DNA from: Planctomycetales bacterium
GTDB taxonomy: Bacteria; 4484-113
Length of the DNA stretch: 15,027 bases
Assembly (NCBI GenBank): GCA_037445915.1
Contig: JBBIJQ010000050.1
Coordinates: forward strand, 1-15,027
Direction of reading: 5' to 3'
Part shown: one piece after another, positions 8,687 through 15,027 of the stretch
How the letters are laid out: each line of letters opens with the position of its first letter
Numbering within the stretch: the stretch's first letter is position 1
The notes under the pieces: model-generated
What the model was told of the DNA's origin: nothing
Databases searched by the model: none
What the model saw: the letters and a program-made list of their open reading frames with translations, nothing else
Made by a program: the position numbers and the translations under genes

Positions 8687-11600
8687 TTGGCGTATCATTA
8701 CGACGTATTCATCAGCTACCATCCGGAAAGCGCGTCGGCTGAGGCAAATTTACTAAACAAAGTTCTCACCGGCGCAGGCCTCCGGGTTTGGTACGACGAC
8801 GTACACGGCCCTGACGAAGAATCAGAGCGCGCCGCGGACGACGCCGCGCTCGTCAGCAACCATCTCGTCGTCATAGTCACCAAGCCATGGGCGCGTTCAC
8901 TTAACTGCGTCCATGAGATGAACACGCACCACCGAGCCTACCCCCATAACCAGCCGATTGCAGTCCTGTTCGCGCCCGGCAGCCTTCCCGCAGTCCTTGA
9001 ACATGCTGTGAAGATTGAACTGGATAGCGAGAGCGGGTGGACAACGCTGCTCAAGCAGACCGGCGTTAATGATGACAAGGCTACAAGCGCCCTAGCGCTG
9101 CTTCCGGAATTGTTAAAGCACTATGAGGCGAAGCGAGGCCAGCCGCCCCCCACCCCGCAGCCAAAGGCTGTCGCTTTTGCGCCTAAGCCTGAGCAGGCCG
9201 CAGAGGCGGAAGTGTCTACGAAGGCGATGGCTGATGATGCCAGCCGTAATGCATTAGAAGAACGCATGCGCGCGCTAGAGCAGGAAGTGCTGGCGCGCGG
9301 CAGAACGATAAAAGAGCTATCCGCACAAGTAGGAAAGTTACAAGGCTCGCCTGCGCCGGCAGCCGCATCGTCGGTTGTCGCCGAATTGGAGGCCGCTAAG
9401 GCGCTCAAAGCTGAGCTTGAAACTAGCTTGGACGAAAAGGATAAGAGTATCGCGGCCCTGCAAAAGCAGCTTGCCGAGCTTGCCGCGAAAGCACAGGATA
9501 CATCCGAGCTAGCATCCGCTTCCAGCGCTATGAAGCAGGCAGAAAGCAAGCTCGCTGAACTCCAGGCTATCGTAAACGAACGCGACGCGCGCATCAATAC
9601 GCTTAGTGCACAAATTGAAGAGCATGCTTCCAAACTACAATCGAAGGATGCGGGCACAGCCGAGCGTGAGGATATGGCGAAGCAGTATGAGGCCGTACTT
9701 GTTGAGCTAGATAAGTTAAAGAGAGATGCCGAGTCTAAAGCAGCAACAGCCAATGAACAAGCCAAGAATGCCTCATCAGCACGAAAGGAGTTGGAGGGAC
9801 AGGTCAAATCGCTGCAGGCGCAGATTGCCGACCGCGATGCGCGCATTGGCGAGCTTAACAAGCACCTTGAACAGCGCGAAGCGCTTGCCAAAGGCGAGCA
9901 GGGAAAGGCGCAAACGCTGGAACAGGTTCTCAGCGAGAACAGCGAGCGAATGCACCAGCTTGAAGAAAAGGCGCATCAGATGGAGGCTTCAGCGCGGGAT
10001 GAGAAAGCGCGCGCAGATATCCTTGAGCGCAAGCTGCAAGATGCCGAGAAGAAGTCTGCCGAACTGGTCGGCAAGAACAAGGAACTCCTGGAGAAGGTTG
10101 AGGAGCAAGCTGAAATAATCAAAAGCGCAGAACGTAACTCGCTGGAAACCGAAAGCGTGTTTAAACGCATGGAGTCGCAGATACAGGAGCGCTTTGCCCG
10201 CGCCAAGTCGCTGGAAGCCAGCCTTGAAGAAAGTAATGTCAAGGTGCGTGGGCTAAGCGACCTAGTTCAAGAGCGCGAAGCGCAAATCAAGGAACTGCGC
10301 GCGCGCATAACCCAGGCTGAAAGCTCGTTTGGCAAAGCGGACGCGCAGATGAAGTCGGCCGACGCGAAGGCCGCAGAGGTTCTTGCGCAACTTAAGGCTG
10401 CTGAAGAGCAAAAAGCCACCGCTGCTGCCCAGGTTAAGGAGCTTCAGGACAGGCTAGCGAAGCTGGACGCGCAAGCAGCAAAGAGCGCAAGGGATGCAGA
10501 CACGCTGAAGAAGCAACTGGAGGAGCGCGCTGTTGACGCAGGTGTAACTGCGAATACCCTGAAAGGCTTAGAGGGAGATCTGCGTGATGCGCATAGGATC
10601 ATAGTTGAACGGGAAGAAGAAGTCAGCCGTTTACAGAAAGCCGTTGACGCTTTGGACAAGCGCATCAAGGAAGCCGCGGATGCGCATCTTACTACAAACG
10701 GCTTTGCAAAAAAACTGGAAGGCGAATTGCAGTCCGCCGTCGCTGAGCGCATGCAGCTAGAAGCAAAACTCGCTAGCCGGGAAAACGAATTGTCCCAGAT
10801 TCGAGAAGCGGTTGAGAAGCAAAATACCAATGTCAAGCAACTCGCTGATAGGCTGAAACTGCGAGAGAGCGAACTGGCGGAAGCGCGCGCAGCTGCGGAG
10901 AAAGGCAGCTCTGATGCTAGCCAGCTTGCCAATTTGCTTGAGCAGCGCGAATTAGAGCTGTCAGGCTTGCTGGCCCACGCTAAGAAGTCAAGCGACGAGG
11001 CGGAAGCCCATATGATTGACGCGGCGAAGGCGCAGGAGATGCTTGCGGCACTTAAAAAAGACTTCGCCGCTGCGCAAGCATCCCTGAAGGAGCAGGAGGA
11101 AGCTGCCGCGGCCGCAGGCAAAGTGAACCAAGAGCTTCAGACCAAAATCGCCGATGCTGAGAAACGCCTGGCTGACGCCGAAAAGCGCGCGAGTGACGCG
11201 GCCGCAGGAGTGAAGGCTAAGGACGTGGAAGTAGCCAAGCTTAAAGCCGCCGCCGATGACCAAGCCAAGCAACTAGCCGCCGCCGCATCTAGCAAAGATG
11301 AAGAAGTGCGCAGCCTTAAGGCGCGTACTGATGAACTTGCTGCGAAGGTTGCGAATGCCGAAGAGCGCGCAGGCGGGCTTGCCGCTAAATTGGCAGTCGC
11401 GGAGAAGCACGCAGGCGAGATTGCTGCGAAAGCGGCGGAAGCCGAGAAACGCATCGCAGATGCCAACAAGCGCGCTGCTGATTCATCCGCTATCGCCAAG
11501 ACGCGAGAAGATGAACTAGTAAAGCTCAAGTCAGCTGCAGACGATCTCGCCAAGCAGCTTGCTGCCGCCTTATCAGGCAAAGACGAAGAAGCGCGCAGCC

Positions 11601-13036
11601 TTAAGGCGCGCGCAGACGAGCTCGCTGCAAAAGCTACAGATGCTGAGAAACGCGTGGCAGAAACTGCCGCAAAGCTTGAGGCCGCAGAGCGCGCAGGCAA
11701 AGTTCATGAGAATTTGGCCGCCAAGCACCAGAAAGACTTTGATGAGATGCATAAGATTGCCGAGGATTACGAGGCCAAAGCGAAGAGACACGAAGCGGCT
11801 GTAAAGGAGTTGACAGACAAGCTTGCGGCTAACGAATCTATATCTAGCGAGATGCAGGCGAAATACCACGAGCTTACTAGCCGCATTACAGAGCTTGAAG
11901 CTCAGCTCGCGGATGCGAATGCATCGGCGCAGGAGGCAGAAGTCAAGGTTGCCGCAGAAGCTGCGCAGGCTGCGCAGCGCATTGACGACCTGAAAGCGCT
12001 CGTCGCCGAAGGCAAGCATGAGGACGCCGTGAAAATGGCAGAGAAACTTGCGGCAGGGGATGCCCACGATAAGCCGCATGTCATCTACTACGCTTGGGGC
12101 GATGCCTTGCACGCGCTAGGCAGATATGAGGAAGCGGCGAAGAGATACGCCCAGGCCGTATTCCCCCACCTCAAATACGGCGATTCAACGTATAAGTGGG
12201 CGTTAGCGCTGGTGAAGCTTGGGCGTTACGAAGAAGCGCTGGGCAGGCTGCAAGTCGTAGCGGAGCTACAGCCCAAGAACGCGGAAGTGCTGCTGCTGGC
12301 CGGGCGCGCGCTTCAAAAGCTCAACCGCCACAAGGAAGCTGAAAACAAGCTTGAAGCAGCGGTGAAGCTTGCGCCCGACAACGCCGAAGCGCATACCGCG
12401 TTCGCGGAATCGCTCATTGAGCTTGGCGATTTCAAGGCGGCAATACCGCTGCTCAAGCGCGCATGCGAGCTGAACCCCAAAGACGGCGACACGCTCGCAG
12501 TGTGGGGCACTCTGTTATTCCGCTCAAAGAAACACGACGAGGCGATTGAACGCTTCAAGGAAGCTGAGAAGATCGGGTTCAAGTGGGCCGACGGATATTA
12601 TTACTGGGCGAACTCGCTTTACATGGTCAAGAAACTTGACGACGCCGTCGCCAAGTTTAAGAAGGCCATTGAGCTTGACCCAAAGGATGCGCGCTTCTAC
12701 CACAACATGGGGCATGCGCTTTCGGCGCTCAAGAAACTTGACGAAGCCGCGAACGCATACGAGCAGGCGGTTAAGCTCAAACCCGATTATTCAAGCGCGC
12801 TTTATGCGTGGGGCACCATCCTCGCGCAAAACAAGAAGCACGAAGAAGCGGTGAAGAAATACGAGGCGGCGGCCTTAGCCGACCCGAAGTTCTCCGCGAC
12901 ATACTACTACTGGGCTATGTCGCTGTCAGTGCTCAAAGACGACGCGGGCGCGAAGGTGAAGATGGCGGAAGCCGACAAGCTTGGCTTCATCCCGCCCGGC
13001 GGCTGGCCGAAATGGTATGAGCCGATAAAGAAGTAA
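8687..13036 (+). CDS. TIR domain - long coiled coil - TPR repeat protein (~1449 aa)
   Basis: Likely start is TTG 8687 with RBS GAGGA 9 nt upstream; the ORF track begins at 8618. TIR motifs are YDVFISY, L...GLRVWYD, S..LVVIVT..WARS.NC.HE and PIAVLF. A Pro-rich linker follows, then a ~900-aa A/E/K/L/Q-rich heptad region, then nine consecutive 34-aa TPRs at 12077-12994. Confidence 0.85.
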   Translation: MAYHYDVFISYHPESASAEANLLNKVLTGAGLRVWYDDVHGPDEESERAADDAALVSNHLVVIVTKPWARSLNCVHEMNTHHRAYPHNQPIAVLFAPGSLPAVLEHAVKIELDSESGWTTLLKQTGVNDDKATSALALLPELLKHYEAKRGQPPPTPQPKAVAFAPKPEQAAEAEVSTKAMADDASRNALEERMRALEQEVLARGRTIKELSAQVGKLQGSPAPAAASSVVAELEAAKALKAELETSLDEKDKSIAALQKQLAELAAKAQDTSELASASSAMKQAESKLAELQAIVNERDARINTLSAQIEEHASKLQSKDAGTAEREDMAKQYEAVLVELDKLKRDAESKAATANEQAKNASSARKELEGQVKSLQAQIADRDARIGELNKHLEQREALAKGEQGKAQTLEQVLSENSERMHQLEEKAHQMEASARDEKARADILERKLQDAEKKSAELVGKNKELLEKVEEQAEIIKSAERNSLETESVFKRMESQIQERFARAKSLEASLEESNVKVRGLSDLVQEREAQIKELRARITQAESSFGKADAQMKSADAKAAEVLAQLKAAEEQKATAAAQVKELQDRLAKLDAQAAKSARDADTLKKQLEERAVDAGVTANTLKGLEGDLRDAHRIIVEREEEVSRLQKAVDALDKRIKEAADAHLTTNGFAKKLEGELQSAVAERMQLEAKLASRENELSQIREAVEKQNTNVKQLADRLKLRESELAEARAAAEKGSSDASQLANLLEQRELELSGLLAHAKKSSDEAEAHMIDAAKAQEMLAALKKDFAAAQASLKEQEEAAAAAGKVNQELQTKIADAEKRLADAEKRASDAAAGVKAKDVEVAKLKAAADDQAKQLAAAASSKDEEVRSLKARTDELAAKVANAEERAGGLAAKLAVAEKHAGEIAAKAAEAEKRIADANKRAADSSAIAKTREDELVKLKSAADDLAKQLAAALSGKDEEARSLKARADELAAKATDAEKRVAETAAKLEAAERAGKVHENLAAKHQKDFDEMHKIAEDYEAKAKRHEAAVKELTDKLAANESISSEMQAKYHELTSRITELEAQLADANASAQEAEVKVAAEAAQAAQRIDDLKALVAEGKHEDAVKMAEKLAAGDAHDKPHVIYYAWGDALHALGRYEEAAKRYAQAVFPHLKYGDSTYKWALALVKLGRYEEALGRLQVVAELQPKNAEVLLLAGRALQKLNRHKEAENKLEAAVKLAPDNAEAHTAFAESLIELGDFKAAIPLLKRACELNPKDGDTLAVWGTLLFRSKKHDEAIERFKEAEKIGFKWADGYYYWANSLYMVKKLDDAVAKFKKAIELDPKDARFYHNMGHALSALKKLDEAANAYEQAVKLKPDYSSALYAWGTILAQNKKHEEAVKKYEAAALADPKFSATYYYWAMSLSVLKDDAGAKVKMAEADKLGFIPPGGWPKWYEPIKK
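10757..11008 (+). repeat. Three tandem 28-aa (84-nt) coiled-coil repeats inside the TIR protein
   Basis: LEAKLASRENELSQIREAVEKQNTNVKQ / LADRLKLRESELAEARAAAEKGSSDASQ / LANLLEQRELELSGLLAHAKKSSDEAEA start at 10757, 10841 and 10925. Confidence 0.7.
11144..11713 (+). repeat. Tandem 285-nt (95-aa) diverged duplication inside the coiled coil
   Basis: GCGCAGCCTTAAGGCGCG and GAGAAACGC each recur at an offset of 285 nt. Protein copies: AEKRLADAEKRA..KLKAAADDQAKQLAAAASSKDEEVRSLKARTDELAAK and AEKRIADANKRA..KLKSAADDLAKQLAAALSGKDEEARSLKARADELAAK. Confidence 0.9.
12077..12994 (+). repeat. Nine tandem 34-aa tetratricopeptide repeats
   Basis: The register is exactly 34 aa with TPR consensus positions, e.g. 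ARFYHNMGHALSALKKLDEAANAYEQAVKLKPDY and AEAHTAFAESLIELGDFKAAIPLLKRACELNPKD. Confidence 0.92.
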
Positions 13037-13045
13037 CGAGTCCAC

Positions 13046-13756
13046 GTGGCCGCACGCAATCAACTCCTCATTGCAGCCGTTTTCTGCGCCGCCGTTTACG
13101 CATGGGTCGCGCTGGGGCTTTTCGTCTTCAAGAGCGCGCTGCTCACAATGATTGTTTATCACGTCGCGCTTTGCGGCGGCGGCTGGTTCTTTCTGCGTCC
13201 CAAGCTACGGCTGCGCTTCAGCACAAAGCGCATCGGCGCAGCCGCGCTCGCGCTCACCAGCGGCTTTGCGCTTACGTGGCTCGTGATAGAGCACATTCTT
13301 CCGCTGCTCGCGCCGCATGCAATCCCTTCTGTGACACTAGGCTCACTCAACGCGGTGGGCTTGAACGCGCAGAGTTACCTACTGATCGCGGTTTACTTCG
13401 GGCTGATGAATCCGCTGGCGGAGGAGGCATTCTGGCGCGGCCGCATCCTGCCCACGCTTGCCGATGCGCGTACGCCTGCGCCTAACCTGCTTCACGCGAT
13501 TATCTTCGCAGGTTATCACGTCATGCCGCTGTCGCTCATGTTCACGCAGCTTTGGCTTCCGGCGGCAGTTGTCTTCATCGGCGGCATCATCTTTGGCATC
13601 GTCGCGCTCAGGACGCGCGGGTTGCTTGTTCCCCTGGCGCTTCACTTTGGCGTGAACGCCGCATTCTCATCTGGTTCTCGCGCTTCATCTACGCGGGGCA
13701 TTAGAAGCGGCATTGCGCGCTCAGTGCTAGAATCTCCGCGTGATAACCAGCGCTAA
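13046..13756 (+). CDS. CPBP family (CAAX protease/Abi-like, Rce1-type) intramembrane glutamic protease; probable 3' frameshift, alternative stop at 13704
   Basis: Multi-TM protein with the family motifs EExxxR (NPLAEEAFWRG), FxxxH (FAGYH) and HxxxN (HFGVN). The GTG start is 9 nt after the TIR gene stop. Confidence 0.85.
   Translation: MAARNQLLIAAVFCAAVYAWVALGLFVFKSALLTMIVYHVALCGGGWFFLRPKLRLRFSTKRIGAAALALTSGFALTWLVIEHILPLLAPHAIPSVTLGSLNAVGLNAQSYLLIAVYFGLMNPLAEEAFWRGRILPTLADARTPAPNLLHAIIFAGYHVMPLSLMFTQLWLPAAVVFIGGIIFGIVALRTRGLLVPLALHFGVNAAFSSGSRASSTRGIRSGIARSVLESPRDNQR
13725..13733 (+). promoter_or_regulatory. Putative extended -10 element (TGcTAGAAT) for rarA
   Basis: TG-n-TAGAAT lies 27 nt upstream of the ATG at 13761. 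Confidence 0.5.
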
Positions 13757-13760
13757 CAGC

Positions 13761-15027
13761 ATGCCTGCACCGACCGCACCCCTCGCCGAGCGCATGCGCC
13801 CGCGCAGCCTCGCGGAGTTCGCGGGGCAGGAACACCTCACCGGCGATGAAGGGCTGCTCAAGCGCATACTGCAGTCGGGCAAGGTGCCCTCGCTCATCCT
13901 GTGGGGCCCGCCCGGCAGCGGCAAGACGACGCTGGCGTTCATCCTCGGCACCCTCCCCGGCTATGAGTTCGTGAAGCTCTCGGCGGTGACGAGCGGCGTA
14001 AAGGAAGTGCGCGAAGTCATTGACGGCGCGGAGAAGAGTCGCCGCATGTTCCAGCGTCCGACCATACTTTTCGTTGACGAAATCCACCGCTTCAACAAGG
14101 CGCAGCAGGACGCGTTTCTCCCGCACGTGGAGCGCGGCACCATCGTCTTAGTCGGCGCGACGACGGAGAACCCGAGCTTTGAGGTCATCTCGCCGCTGCT
14201 GTCGCGCTGCAAGGTGCTGGTGCTGGAGCAGCTATCCGACGAAGCCATTGCCGGCATCATCACACAGGCGCTCGCCGACGATGAGCGTGGCCTAGGCGCG
14301 CTGAAGCTTGCGATGGACGAGGACGCGCTTAAGTATCTAGCGCGCGCGGCCGACGGGGATGCGCGGTTTGCGCTGAACGCACTGGAGCTGGCGGCTGATT
14401 TGCTGGGCAAGGAACACGGCGGGCAGCGCATCACGCTGGAGTTCATCCAGCAGGTCATGACGCGGCGCGAGCTGCTTTACGACAAGACCGGCGAGGAGCA
14501 CTACAACCTCATCAGCGCGCTGCACAAGGCCGTGCGCGGCAGCGACCCCGATGCGTCGCTGTATTACATGCAGCGCATGCTCGCCGCGGGCGAAGACCCC
14601 AAGTATCTCGCGCGGCGGATGGTGCGCATGGCGAGCGAGGACATCGGCCTGGCCGACCCATTCGCGCTGGTGCTGGCGCAGGCTGTGTTCAGGACGGTGG
14701 AGACGGTGGGCATGCCCGAGTGCGACAACGCGCTGGCGCAGATGGTGATTTACCTCGCCGCGGCGCCGAAGTCCAACAGCGTTTACACGGCGAACGGCGC
14801 GGCGCGCAAGGCGGTGCTGGAGCACGGGGCGCTGCCGGTGCCGATGAAGATACGCAACGCGCCGACGAAGCTGATGAAGGAGCTTGGCTACAGCGAGGGC
14901 TACCGCTATGCGCACGGGCACAGCGAACATGCAGGCGGCGGCGCAGGGGGCGAAGGTGCGGGTGCTGGTGGCGGGGATGTGGGCAGCGCGGAAGATGCCA
15001 TGGAGGCGACCGGCGGATTTGTGAACG
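13761..15027 (+). CDS. rarA: Replication-associated recombination protein A (RarA/MgsA AAA+ ATPase), 3'-truncated by the window edge
   Basis: This gene is absent from the ORF track because it has no stop in the window. Manual translation from ATG 13761 gives MPAPTAPLAERMRPRSLAEFAGQEHL, Walker A LWGPPGSGKTT, Walker B LFVDEIHRFNKAQQDAFLP, GATTENPSFEV..PLLSR, YDKTGEEHYNLISALHKAVRGSDPDA, ASEDIGLADP, APKSNSVY and RNAPTKLMKELGY.EGYRYAH. Confidence 0.97.
   Translation, partial: MPAPTAPLAERMRPRSLAEFAGQEHLTGDEGLLKRILQSGKVPSLILWGPPGSGKTTLAFILGTLPGYEFVKLSAVTSGVKEVREVIDGAEKSRRMFQRPTILFVDEIHRFNKAQQDAFLPHVERGTIVLVGATTENPSFEVISPLLSRCKVLVLEQLSDEAIAGIITQALADDERGLGALKLAMDEDALKYLARAADGDARFALNALELAADLLGKEHGGQRITLEFIQQVMTRRELLYDKTGEEHYNLISALHKAVRGSDPDASLYYMQRMLAAGEDPKYLARRMVRMASEDIGLADPFALVLAQAVFRTVETVGMPECDNALAQMVIYLAAAPKSNSVYTANGAARKAVLEHGALPVPMKIRNAPTKLMKELGYSEGYRYAHGHSEHAGGGAGGEGAGAGGGDVGSAEDAMEATGGFVN

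Noticed and set aside
8687-12200. Lower GC and more A/T-ending codons than rarA, as evidence of horizontal acquisition
   Set aside because: Spot checks by eye show a similar relaxed codon usage in hrcA, dnaJ and xerD, and the K/E-rich composition lowers GC on its own. A computed GC3 or tetranucleotide profile would be needed.
9121-12582. Multiple Ser/Ala-rich minus-strand ORFs inside the TIR-CC-TPR gene
   Set aside because: These are antisense shadows of the A/E/K-rich coding strand.
8687-13036. Annotation as SMC/chromosome partition protein or myosin-like protein
   Set aside because: No Walker A/B, ABC signature or hinge is visible. The termini are TIR and TPR, so the similarity would come only from coiled-coil composition.
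13701-14930. Minus-strand ORFs listed in the track over the last 1.3 kb
   Set aside because: The plus-strand frame from 13761 encodes an unambiguous RarA, so these are shadows.

Overview
This is a bacterial, moderately to highly GC-rich window that looks chromosomal. From left to right it holds: the 3' part of a right-handed beta-helix protein (+); a DUF4349-type lipoprotein (+); an MFS transporter (-); and groES-groL (-), which has a near-consensus housekeeping promoter, a CIRCE operator and an intrinsic terminator. Divergent from groES is a tightly coupled hrcA-dnaJ-xerD unit (+) that lacks grpE and dnaK. Next comes a ~1450-aa protein with an N-terminal TIR domain (putative catalytic Glu retained), a ~900-aa internally repetitive coiled coil and nine tandem TPRs. 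It is followed closely by a CPBP/CAAX-type intramembrane protease that appears frameshifted near its 3' end, and then a 3'-truncated rarA/mgsA gene that the ORF track missed. The strongest candidate for an undescribed system is the TIR-long coiled coil-TPR gene, possibly acting with the adjacent protease. All family calls come from motif recognition by eye; no searches were run.
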